A stretch of 64,000 nt of DNA, taken from Trichosphaerium sp. ATCC 40318. Lineage: Eukaryota; Protista; Tubulinea. Under the pieces are notes generated by a model that worked only from the letters and a program-made list of their open reading frames with translations, had not been told where the DNA came from and searched no databases. Positions within the stretch are counted from its first letter, which is position 1, and every line of letters starts with the position of its first letter. The position numbers were made by a program, and so were the translations under genes. The stretch is taken from positions 1-64,000 of the forward strand of contig JALMLS010000353.1 of the NCBI GenBank assembly GCA_038496445.1, in the 5' to 3' direction. This document shows positions 49,255 to 61,800 of this stretch, piece after piece.

Positions 49255-50367
49255 CTATTTCTGGTACTTTGTACTAATTAATTTACCGTTATTGTATTCA
49301 AAGTGACGCTGCTTACCGTCATCCTTGAGGAAGATACACTTGCCGTGTTTGACTAGCTTATCTTTTACTGCCTTAAACTCAATATACTGTAAAGTATTTC
49401 TTCCTCTTGTCATTGTAAACTTGATTGAAGTTCTTGCTCTGTAGTTTACAGTTATCTTTGTTTCGTCCCAGAACCATAAGCCTATTCTGTTGTGACGAGT
49501 AATAACAGTGAGAGTTCCATGAAATCTTGGAGGTACCCTTGACATGTAATCTTGTTTTGTTGATGTAATGCGGTATGAATGAGGTATTCCATAAGGAGCA
49601 TAAGAATACTCCCTTTGTTCATCACTGTAAAAAGTTTGCTTTATAAGAAGACCATTGTCATCAAACTCACGTATCTCATGGTGATCTTTAAACTCGAAAT
49701 GAAATCTTCCCACTTTCATACCATTCCTTAGTTCTCCTCTAAGTGTTGACCCATTTGCCTTTTTAAAATAAATACCAGTTTGTTGTCCACAGTAGTCAAT
49801 AAATGTAATTTTTTTTGAGCCTTGTGCTGCACAGTAGTCAAAACGATATCCTCTAATCACACCACTTTCAATTGTATACCTGCTCATCAGCTTCTTATTT
49901 TGATCCCATTCACAGACTTGACCATCAACAGGAACTCCATCAACATACTCGAGAGTTTTATGTATAAACTTTGAATTACCATTCCATGTTATTGTACTTT
50001 TTCCTTGTCTCTTTCCATGTTCAAACCGACACACCTCCACAAGGTCTCCAATAAAACGATCTCGTTTATAATATGGTCTAACCATGCGATAGGTACCTGC
50101 ACGGAGGTTCAAACCTCCATCAAAACGAGAAGCAATCGCATATTCATATGCGATTAATGGAAACTTTTTTAGAAGTTGTTCATCTTTATTTGCAAGTATA
50201 GTCTGATGTATCATATAAAAAAGCTCTCGTGGTAGTCTATCTATGTAGCTGTTTTTATGGTAGTTCTTTTTACGCCGCCGTCTCCGAGGTTTTTTAGATG
50301 CTGTTCGGGTGGGAATGGCACTATCAATCTTTGAGCCGGATGGCATTTGAGACGATGTGTTCCCCAT
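49255..50367 (-). CDS. Intronless, putatively myristoylated F-box-like + divergent MORN-like protein
   Basis: MGNTSS, basic patch RRRRRKK, IDRLPRELFYMI; KFPLI..AIASRFD..L..GTYR is homologous to the 28304 and 30878 N-termini; HGKRQG / NGMKVG / KHGK beta-hairpin repeats. Confidence 0.75.
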   Translation of the reverse strand: MGNTSSQMPSGSKIDSAIPTRTASKKPRRRRRKKNYHKNSYIDRLPRELFYMIHQTILANKDEQLLKKFPLIAYEYAIASRFDGGLNLRAGTYRMVRPYYKRDRFIGDLVEVCRFEHGKRQGKSTITWNGNSKFIHKTLEYVDGVPVDGQVCEWDQNKKLMSRYTIESGVIRGYRFDYCAAQGSKKITFIDYCGQQTGIYFKKANGSTLRGELRNGMKVGRFHFEFKDHHEIREFDDNGLLIKQTFYSDEQREYSYAPYGIPHSYRITSTKQDYMSRVPPRFHGTLTVITRHNRIGLWFWDETKITVNYRARTSIKFTMTRGRNTLQYIEFKAVKDKLVKHGKCIFLKDDGKQRHFEYNNGKLISTKYQK

Positions 50368-52101
50368 GGGAGTATGTGTTGTTTGTCATTCATGATACCT
50401 ATTTTATTCACGTAAAATTCTCAAAAGATATTCAGAAAACGGTATGACATGTAATTTTGTTCATCACTGTGGGCTATAGTTGGTTGTATTAATAACAACC
50501 AACTGTTGCTTTAGTTTGAAACGTTAAAGGGCACACGAAAGATGAGAATACGTGTAAGAGAGATAATAGCGTAATTTATTAGTGACACACGTAATACATT
50601 CAGAGAATACATTTGTGTATTTCGTCAAAGTTCACAATGAATATCTTCGTGGAAATACTTGGAAAGAATGCATACTGAACATGGTGACGTTGCACGTTAC
50701 ATAGTTACGTTCTAGCACCCATCGTATTAAATATTGAGGCATGAAAAAGGTTTAGGATAGTCTGAGGTGATCAGAGTAATGACGAACTAAAAATGGCATT
50801 ATCGTCTATATTCACGTAAAAGTTTCCCGCTTTCCCAATGACCACCAACATTGCGGGAGCTTTCTACCATTTGTAGTGAATTACAAAGAAAACTCCGCTC
50901 AATGTTAGTCATATCATTGCCTCTTACTTAAAATTCAAAACAAACTAACCGCCTACACCACTCCCACGCATAGAGCCAGATTACGTAAGCATGCCACACA
51001 TGCTTATTGGCTTTAAAAGATGCTGTTAAACAAGGTGGTGGAGTGTGAGAGCATAAAATTACGTTGTAGCGCGGAAAGTAGCAACATAAACTCCTTGAAA
51101 ACGGTTTCATGATGCCTGCACATTACACAGCCTTTTAATTGTTCCAAATATGTAGGAACTGAAGTTATAAGTGTTTTACAGCGTTTAGTGGCTAAAAAAG
51201 TTAATTGCTCTTTAAAATCAAAGAACAATACTTTATAAGTGCTAACCATGCGTAGAATATGTGTTTCCAAGCATAAAACACCGTTTAAAACAAAAAGGCA
51301 AGAAAAAGGTATAATGCCAGTCAATGTCATCGATATTCTCTAAACTATAAACAGTTCATATACTTCTGTTTCTACATATTCACAGTTTGGACCGTTTTGG
51401 CCCTAGCCTTTAATATTGGTTTTATGAAAAATTCCAACACATGAGAGTGTGTCGGGTGGCATAACTGAGATGTAAAATTGATTGTTTGATAACTTTGGGA
51501 AAAAAAATGTAAGTGAGTACTTTTGGTGCAAACGCTATTGGCATGCATATTTTTACAATTGATCATAGTGGCACCACTACGCCATACACTCATTTTCAAA
51601 TGAAGAAAAGTGTAGAACATCACATATAACATCAGTGTAGAATAGTAAACCTTTTGTTTCATCAAATATCATTCAACAAACTCCCACATTTGATGCACTT
51701 TATTGTGCCTTTACTTTTCAATAACATGCTTTGAGGCTATTAAATGCGACCATTGACACCTACTCAAAGTGATGAAAACATAATGCGTGCAATAAGTATA
51801 ACTTAGCTAAACAATGCTTAAAAAGTCACAAAATTAAACTATTTTTTAGAGTCATTGGAGTGCTTACATAATCTGGCTCTAAATACCATGCAGAGCTAAA
51901 TTATAAGTGTAGACGCTACTACTTTTCACGTACATGAGTTTAGTAATAGAAGTTGATTGTAAAGAAATATATTCAAGTCTACATTCTCATTTTTATTTAC
52001 ATTACGAAGTGTTTAATTTTTTTTTTTTGTTTTACACTGTTAGCTAAAGTTTGCCATTATCCTCCTTTGTGTTGACTTTTTTTTAAGTGAGGTCGTTTAC
52101 G

Positions 52102-55100
52102 TTATTTGTTGACTATGATTTTTCTTTGAAATAAAGGAGTGTCTTCTTCCTCACACGAGAAGTATTCATCATCTGAAGCGTTCTCACTTGAATAATAGTT
52201 AGAATTTTAAGCTATAAATAAATAAGGTTTTTGACTTCTCACTTGCTTTTCTTTCGGATTTCTTGTTGCAGAAGGTTCATTTATAACTATTGTTACGCCA
52301 GAAGTTTCCTTTAATAAAAATATTAATTTCAAATCCGAGTTCTTAATCAAAAAAGGTGAAGATCATTTTTACTAAATTTGTAAATAATAGGTTTGAAGCT
52401 TACCTCCTCATCCACACTCTTGCCGTTTAAATAAGTTCCAACAACTTTTGATACATCTCTGGTTATTGCAATACGACGAGGTTTTAGAGGGGATACCGGA
52501 GCATTTGTAGAGTCAGCGCTAGCATTTTCACCTGCCGATGTTGGACCGCTTGTCTATGAAGTTTTAGAACAAAAAAGCTAGTTGTTGAGCGCTAATCACG
52601 TGTTTTTCTAGTTGAAGAAAAAAATCAAATGTGCCCGTCTCTTACGTCTTTTATAATAGTATGTTTGAGATGTAACATCTTCGTTTTAAACTCCTATGAA
52701 GACGTCAATTAAATTAACAAGTATTTATAGATTGACGAATTCCATAAAAATACTAACGACGTACTTGTTCGGTTAGACCATGTGATACACGCAAAGATAA
52801 TAGTCTTTCTCTATTCTTAATTTGTAGTTTTTGATAGTTAATATCCATTTCTCTTTTAAATTCTACAGATTTTGTTCTAGCATGTCCTCTTGTTCCTTTC
52901 TAATGAAAAAAAATAAAAAAAACTGACCAAGCTGTAATGGGATTTTTTTTCTAGTTTGTCATTTACACGTGCAGTACGAACACGTTTATAACGTGATTCT
53001 AGCTGTTTTTTATAATATGCTGCTTTGGCTTGTGCAGTATTTGTTCGTATAACCTACAAAACATAGCATGTTAGAACACGGAAAGGGCACAACTCTTTTT
53101 CTTTGTTTTTTTTTTTTGAAGAAATTGGCTTAGTTTTTACCACTACGCGAAATGACCATCGCTTTGCGTAAATAATTATTATTTACGCGTGCTACGCGCG
53201 TAGCGGGGTACGGAAAAATTTTGTAATCCTTTTGTAACGTACGTCTAGAAAGAAAGTCTCCCATTGTTCAATCATTGTCTTTATCAACAACAAGCCATGT
53301 CCGACGTCACCTAAAAGAAACTATCAAAAAACAAAACCATAACATGTAGGTATTGAGAAAACTACTCCAAAGGCTCATGGTTTTACCTATAAATACTTCG
53401 GCTTGTTGTTCTCTGTTTTGTAGTAAGTTGGGCGTAAAAATAAGCGCCAAATTTCTAGTGTCCATACACGTGAACTCTTTCTTTTTAGCTACCTAGAAGG
53501 TACAAGTTATTTTTGGCAAACTTATATAAGAAAAATTGCCGACATTCATTTCATTACCTCGTTCAAAAACCGACATAATTTAGCCATTAGATAAAGTCTA
53601 TCTGGTGGAAGAAGTTGAAGAACCCTGTTGATATTTTCAAGCCTCTTTTCACCTTCAGTATCTATACGTTGTTAATATAACTATCCATTATTTTGGACGT
53701 CAAAAGAATAAAACATGTTTTATGTTTGTGGGTTTTTCTTTTTTTTTTCGGGTTCAGTGTTTGAAGACTGTCTTTGGACGTACTATCTGCTGCAATTAAT
53801 TTCTCGTATAAATCAAAAGTTAGTAGAGGCTCTGGTAACTCCCTCAGAAATTGCTTCAATAAAGAAGCCACATTATTAACATCCTCAGAAGCGTCAAAAG
53901 AAAAGTTTATATCTAGTTTATAATAAGCCGTTTAATACAAAACCAATGAATAAAAAACGCTTTTAGCACATGTAAGTATTGCTAAAATCACGTGTACAAC
54001 CTTTAAAAAATTAAATAGTATCGTACCGCTTTCGATGAGTTGTTTTAATTTTATCATACGCGTGGTGTTTCCCGGTACGCGAAATAACCCTTGTTCAGAT
54101 AAACCTAACGCAAAAAAATGTTAGTTTGTTACAAAAAAGGTCTTCTGCACCAAACATCACGTGATTTTGGGTTTATCAGTGCGTACCTTTATCTGTTAAG
54201 TGTTTTAAACATGCGTCTGCAAAGTACATAGAACGCTACAAACCCAAGTATTAGGATGTAAAGTCTAACAAAAAGAGAACAAGGTTACCTTTCCAAGCGG
54301 AGCATTAAATATGTTCCCTTGGTTTTTTGATTTCTTTGCCGCCAATGCTTCAGCAGTTGCTACACTTGCTTCATATTGCTAAAGCAATTATCAATTGACG
54401 CCTTGTTACTGCAAAAAAAGCAGGTGAACGCCAAAACGCTGCAGCGTATCGTTTTTTGTTCATTGTTATCTAAAACAGTACCAGCTTGATTTGTGACTCC
54501 TGAGAGAGTGTATGCCCTTTAATATCGTACTCTCTTAGTCCTTTATCACTTCGGAGTCTTTGTATATCACTATAAATAATCAATATCGATGTAAGAGCGT
54601 GTACAGACGATATGACGGCGTTCTAAATTTCCAAAAAGAATAAAAAAAACCCAAAATCAAAAAAACTCAAAAAACCAAATCACGTGATTACAACGGTTAC
54701 CAACACGTGATTAAATAAAAATAATCGAAAATAATAAATTAGTTTTTACACAGTGGAAATGTTAATTGAAAAAACCGCTATCGAACGCTAGTTGGAATAA
54801 TTAAGGACTTGTTTGGTGTCCTGCAGTCGTTTTTTTAAAGTTTTTTGAAACAAAAGACGTACTCTAACAGAAGCATCCAACCTTTATTTCTAGGCGGAGG
54901 AGGGTTTTTCGAAGGTAAAACAAGCGTATTACCACGTTTAGGCATCTGTAGCGGTGTTTGAGATGATCTTCTTACAATAACGGCAGAATTAGAACGTCTT
55001 GCTCTTGGATGCTTTGATAGACTGCTAACACCAGCTAGAACAGAACCACGTCTTTTTAGCTTACATGGCGCTTTTAGTTTTGGTAAATCGCGTCTTGAAG

Positions 55101-55167
55101 GTGGACGCCTTGGTATGTTTGGAATACGTCTTTGTGGTGGAGTAAACTTAGGTGGTGCAGACATCAT
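52102..55167 (-). CDS. RhoGAP-domain protein, spliced
   Basis: Pro/Arg-rich N-terminus; IFNAPLE; EQGLFRVPG (Arg finger); VASLLKQFLRELPEPLLTFDLY; MDTRNLALIFTPNLL; coiled-coil-like C-terminal exons. Ends tentative. Confidence 0.88.
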
Positions 55168-55855
55168 TTCTAAGCGAAGCTTCGAATCATATTTTGTGAC
55201 TTGTAAACAGTTAAGGGAAAAAACAAATGTGAATGGTGACACCAAAAAAAAATTACTCAGCAATCGTGGATTAAATAAAACGTCTCAATAAGGAGATTAT
55301 GAACAGGTGCACGCCTTAACATTGAGCGCCCATATTTAAATTGGGTTGTGACGATTAATCGTATCAATACACAATTGTAATAAAACAATTTGTATTAAAA
55401 GTAGTAAGATAGCTGTTAGCAGATAATGTAGCCCAAACATTGGCGAATAATGAACGTTTATGCCGATTAAATTACTACACTTAGTAAAAGTATCCTCAAA
55501 AATCTCTCTTACGCACAGACAACCATTATCTCCAAATGTAAGAAATAAACAAACAACTCATCTAACCAAAGAAAAAAAACCGAACAATACATTTAAAACA
55601 AAACCTAAAATACTATCCATACAAATACATTTATTTTGATTTTTTTACATTGACTTGATAGGCTACCTTGTGTAGCTGTTTGTTTTACATTTTTTTAACC
55701 ACAAGTATTAGGTCCTTTTTTTTTCTCATCAGATATCGCGTTTTTTTAACGTCACGTGTTTTTAAAAGCCTTCAAGATGAAAAAATCACCGTCAGAATTT
55801 TTAATCCGAAATTTCATACTTGTGCACGTGATTTTGTAAAAACCGATCCCACTGC

Positions 55856-58800
55856 TTATTGTTTACGTGATGCTTTGTACTCTGATGATAATATACGCAT
55901 AATATCGCCATGTGATTTTGTAGGATGCTTAGATTTAATTCTTGAGAAATTTGCCTTAACAAACAAAGTGTACGGGTTTGCTTTAGGCGTTTTTCGTGGT
56001 GTACCATCCTTATTTAGTTTAGGAAGAAGCTTGAAGCGTCCGTTACACCTTCCACAACGAGCACGGTCAAGTTTGAGAGAGTTAGAGTGGCGACCAACAC
56101 TACAAAAAAATTGTAAGCATGGAGATGAAATACTTTAAAATTCTAATTCTTCGTACGTGTATCCACAGCCCTGACACTTATAATTGAACTTGAACTTAAT
56201 ATCATAGTTATGACAACGTGTTACTTTAACATCTGGGAATACTATAGAAGCCCTCTCTCCCCTTAACAGTAACGTCAGTACAAAACATTTAAAACTTTTG
56301 CAAAAAAGCTACAGAAAACAAACAAACTAACTTACCATCTATAGAAAGTAGCTCCATGTGGCGGTTGTCTTATACCATCAATAATCCAAGCAGCTGCGTG
56401 ACACAACTCATGAACAAGAGTACTCTTACAACGCCTGAAAGAATCGACAACTTTTGTTGCCAAGCGGATAGAAGCAACTCTCTTTGACTTGTCCGCAGAA
56501 TACTACATTAAAAAAATGTCAGAAAGAAAACTTAACACCAACTAGGAGCATTGACGTACACCACAAGATGTTGTGCCCGCTGTTTGGCGTAGTGTAACAG
56601 ACCAGGTTATTTCAAGGTCATAAGGTAAAGCACCATGACAAACACCATCGTTGAATTTCCTGAAAATCTCCTTTGCAAAAGCATCTCGTTTCTTATTGAA
56701 TCCATGACATGTAGGTGACTTAATCGGTGTACGCTTGATAGTATACGTTCTAGCTGGTGTCCTTGGGGTGCGTTCTACACGCTTCGGAGTACGCTTCGTA
56801 TTCGTAGGCGTACGCTTCACTCTAGTTGGTGTGCGTTTCGTGCTGGATATAGGAGTGCGCTTTGAGATTGTTGGAGTGCGTTTTGTGTTAGTTGGAGTCC
56901 TGTGAATGAGCTTTGTTGATTTCGGTGGTGAACTCATTTTTGGTGTTGGAGGCATAGGCGATAGAGGCTTTCTGTTAAGGATAGCTAAAAAAGAAACTCG
57001 TGTAAGTAAAAAACAAGAAAAAAAAAAGAAAACAGTTTTTTGGCGCTGCTACTTACGTAGTTTATAAGGAGTAGATAATCCGTATCCATCATTTTCATCA
57101 TTATCACTAATAACAACCTTATTATCATTATCATCACCATCAACATCATCAGGTACACAAAAATCATTAAAAGCATAAGAATCCAAGTCTTCATCTTTAG
57201 CATAATCTCTAAAGTAAAAAATCACGTGAGCACGTTATTTTCATCCAAATAAAAGATTGTATTGAGTACGTACATGTTCGTCAAAACACGTCGTTCATCA
57301 TCTTCCTGTTCATCAGAAGATGTATCACTGAACCCACTTTCACTCTCACTATCGCTTAAGATATTTGGCATAGCGAGTTGTGAAGCTGTTGGTGTGTTAC
57401 TACCTGTATTAATTGGTCGTTGTAGGCGCTTCAGAGTCTTCTTCTTTGGAACAACATCATCTTCCAAACTCTTTAGTAAATCATTGTTGTCATCAAAAGA
57501 GTATCCTATCGAGGCATCCAAGTTGTCAAGGTCAATATCATCAATATCTAGATTATCACTAGTAGATTCTATACTTGATACTGATTGTTGAGATGCTGGA
57601 AGAGGTAGTAGTGATTGTCTCTTAGACGAAGGTCTGATTTCCGGAGAAGGCACGTGAGGAGATTGTGGTGCGCTATCTGATTCGAAGGCAAATGACTTTG
57701 CGGAAGAAGACGATGTTGCTCTAGATTGAGACTTTGGGAGTGGTAGTAATGGCCGAGATGCTGGTTTAATTCCTGGAGAAGGTACTCGAGAAGATTGGAC
57801 ATTTCCTGAATCGAAAGAAAATGAGGACATCGAAGAAGATGACGTTCTATCATTGGCTTTCACTGGTGATATTTTCTCAGCTTCTTCCATTTCTTGATTC
57901 TGTTCAACCTCAGTTAATCGTGGAGATACACTCTCTGAAGCTTTCACAGCTGCATCTTTTTTCTGAGAAAAAAAAGAGTTAGAACTTGACTTTAAGAAGA
58001 AAATCAAGACGTACATCCATGTTAATGAGTAATGATCTAAGTTCTTCTATGGAATCATAATCAGATTCAGAGCAAGAAGAGGAGGCTGAGTCAGAATTCT
58101 CATAAGAATCATAAGGAGAAAGATACCCATCTTCTTCTTTCTTTTTATCTTCCTCTAAATCCCAAGAAACACTTCTTTGAACACGAGGAGTTTTTAAGAC
58201 CTCGACAGGCATTTCAAGTTTATCTTCTTCTGAAGCACTTTGATCATCATCTTCAACAAGTGCAGCAAGGAGCCTACCAGGTGCAAACATACGAGATCTC
58301 TTAGAAGATTTTGATGGCTTCTTTTCAGCAGGCTCATCAACAGAGTTCGAGGGTTCTGTATCTGCTTCTGCTTTCATAAAAGAGTTTGGTCGGATAGGTT
58401 GAGGCGGTTGAGGGGCTTCAACATCAGCAAATGTTGTTTCTTGGTCTTCTTCGTCTTCATTTGTTTCTATTGGTTCCACATCATTTGATACATGATGGAC
58501 AGGCGCTTGAGTTACAGCCAATTCTTCATCGCTTTCAGAATCGCTCATATTTGTTATAAAATCATCTGAACAGCTACTTTCTGCTTCTTCTTTTTCCTCA
58601 CTTGGCTCTTGAGGCATAATGCCAACAGAACGAATATCATCAACAGTAGGTTTTGCTTCAACAACTGGTTCCGGAACTTCATTGTAACCGATGTCGCTCA
58701 TATCAGTAGATTCAACAGCTTCATCATCACTTGTATCATCATCTCGCTCTTCTTCTTGTGCATCTGCGCTACGAGGAACCTCGAGAGATAGTTCTGTACG

Positions 58801-61800
58801 CTCGTTGATGTCAGAATGAGGATAATCGCTCAAATCTGATGCCGAAGTGATGTAATCATCTTCTTCACTTTCAGACGCTTCACCATCATTGTCTGTGGCT
58901 TCAACTTGGTGAGATACTCGTCTTTGGATGCTTGTTCTTGGCGTAGATGATACGTTATCGTGTTCATCTTCACCACTTTCAGAAGCATCATCACTGTCCT
59001 CTACATCATCCATGTTGATTGGTACCACAGATGCACGCCTGTCAAGAACTTTCGTTGGTGTTGAAGCATTCTCTTCATCAATAGAAGAGTCGTCGGACAT
59101 TTCAGATTCACAAACACTGACAACTTCAGAGTCACTATCACTGCCATCAGACTCAATATCATTGGTAGCAATTGGCATGGTCTCGGCATGTTTGTTGTCA
59201 TCTTCTTCAGAAGCACTAGTATGTGCTGAGATTTGTTCTTCAAAATCAGAAGCTTCATTAATTTCAGCCTCCTCAGCTTCAACCTCAGTGTCGTCAAGAT
59301 CTGATTCTTCACCGTAAGCGTTTTCAACCTTTGCAACCTCATTCGTCACTTCTAAGTTCGGTGTCTCATAAAATTGCTCCACAATATCATGTGCTTCCTC
59401 CTTAAACAAGAAGTGAGTAAAGATAAAACCAAAAGAGAGAAAAAATGTTTTTTGCAACTGTTTTGACTCTTGTACCTCATGACACTCTTCTTCAGGTATT
59501 TGTAGGTCTTCTACGGCATTAATAGTATCTACAGCTAACACTTCATGATCTTCATCGTTTCCGGGTTGATCTAGTTCATCAGAACTGGAGTGAATAGAGT
59601 TTTCTTCTTCTTCGATTTCTGTATCTCTCTCAGTCTCATCAACAGAGCTTGTATCGTGGTCAACAGCATCATCACACAAATTACTTGCATCTGAAGTGTC
59701 AGTTTCGTCCAAAGGTATTTCCTCAGCAATATCGAGCGCATGAGTGTCTTGAACATCGTCTGCGCCATTGACATCTAAACCTGACATTTCCTGTACTAGG
59801 TCATCGACTTCGTAATAGCTTTCATATTCTCCTCCTTCTGCTTTTTCAAGTTCAGCACCAACTTCAAGAGCTGAACTTGTTTGCGAATCATTCTCTGTGT
59901 CAAAAGAAGGATCAGTCATACTAGTTTCAACGCTTTCTTGGTTTTCATCGCTAGTTTCGAGTACTTCTTCCGCATCGGCATTGTTTGGAGTAAATGCAGC
60001 AGGTACAGTGTGATCTTGTTCGTGATCACTGATACCATCATCACCTTCGCAAACCGCGCCTTCATACTCCTCATTTTCAGCTTCGAGGAAGCGTTCGTCT
60101 TCAGGTCTGTTATCAACTTCGATAACTTGTTCTTCTTCCACTCTTGATACATTTTCAAAATCAGCAAGCACAGAGTCTCCGTATTCAGAGTTGTCCTCAA
60201 TTTGAATTTTAACAGAGGCTATATCATCTCCGTCTACAATACTAGTTTCTTCGATAGCATAGTCAGCTACCTTGCTATGCACATCGTCGCAAACCCCTTC
60301 ACTAAGCGCTGCAGCATCCCCGTATTCGGAATTATTTTCGATTTGAATCTCAAGAGAGGCAACATCATCTTCAGGTATGTCATTAACTTCTTCAACAACG
60401 CATTCTTCTTCCTCACTTGACACAAGGTCTACTACATTTGAATTGTCGTGTTCATCGTCACTATCGAGAAGAGCAATACACTCGGCAACCTTGTCTTCTA
60501 TACCACGTGACGCTTCCTCAGCATCATCTTCATTGTACGTACTATAGCCGTCACCAGCTTCGACCATTTCGCCCTCAGCGTAGTCACCTTATACAATGTA
60601 AATACAAAGACAAAGAATTACAAGCACAAAAACGTACTGCCATCAGAGCCGTAAGGGTCATCAGCTTGAGCTTCGACAATTTCGTCATCTGGTACAATAA
60701 ACCCATCATATTCATACTCATTAGGGGCATTTCTTTCAGCTTCTTCTTCAGCGTCACTAACACCAATATACTCTGATGTATTCGCTGGTCCACGTGGAAA
60801 TACATTCCTAGGTTGTGACGGCACATCATTGGCGTAGTCGTCCAAACTCAAATCAGCCAGGAGATCAATAACATTATTCGTATCTCCTCGTCTCACTCTT
60901 GGTACACTCACTCTATCAGTTTTTCTTGGAGTAGAAGCAGATAGGCTCTTTTCAGCAGCCTAGACAACAACAAAAGTTAGAAGACATGAAAACAAAACAA
61001 CAAAAAAGAGAAAGACTTCTAACAAACACACGTACAATAACATGAGCGTTTGTCTCAGCTTGTAAAGCGAATAACTCATCAGCAGTCTCTTCAGAGAAGA
61101 GCAAGTCATGATCAGATACGCCAAAGATACCAATAGAACGCATGTACTTAATATGTTCTTCCAAATCTAAAAATAGAAGAAAAAAAATTAGTTGGTTGAT
61201 GTTATGTAACTATCACTACGATTATAATATCATCATACCTGGTGCAGTGTTTCTCTTTCCTGCATGGATCTTGGCAAGCATGCGTTGTGTTGGCGAATCA
61301 AATGGGTCAGTAAAAGAGAACGGTTTGTCTTTTCCAGTAAAGTAACGATGTTGTTTATGTTGCTTATTGATAAGAGACTTTGAGAAGGCTCCCTTTAGTA
61401 CTTGCTTGCGGTACATATATTCTTCAATAGTACCACATGTCATTAGCCTGAAAGAAATATGTTAGAACAAACAAACCTTAACAAAGCAAAACCGATAGAC
61501 GAAACAAAAAAAGTAACAAAGTTAAGTACCTGTAAATCACGACATTCTTGTTTTGACCGATACGATAACATCTATCTACAGCTTGGTCGTCGACCTTATT
61601 CCAAGCTAAAGGTTCGTTAGAATTCATTGATGCAAGGAAACCACGACAGAGCAAAAAGTAAGATAATAAACGTACAAGGATCAAAAATGATAACTCTATC
61701 AGCGCCATTTAAGTTTAATCCAACACCTCCAGCTTGTGTTGTCATAAGCAATAGAAAGTTGCTTTCATCATTATTAAATTCCTCAACGTATATTTGACGA

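Noticed and set aside
53190-53203. 14-bp palindrome gctacgcgcgtagc in a RhoGAP intron, and the acacgcgt/acgcgtgt inverted repeat after DIM1
   Set aside because: Short and isolated; cannot be distinguished from the general abundance of CG-centred palindromes.
57979-60567. 862-aa acidic ORF as a stand-alone gene
   Set aside because: Bounded by in-frame splice sites on both sides and contains an internal intron; better explained as exons of the PICH-GCNA gene.
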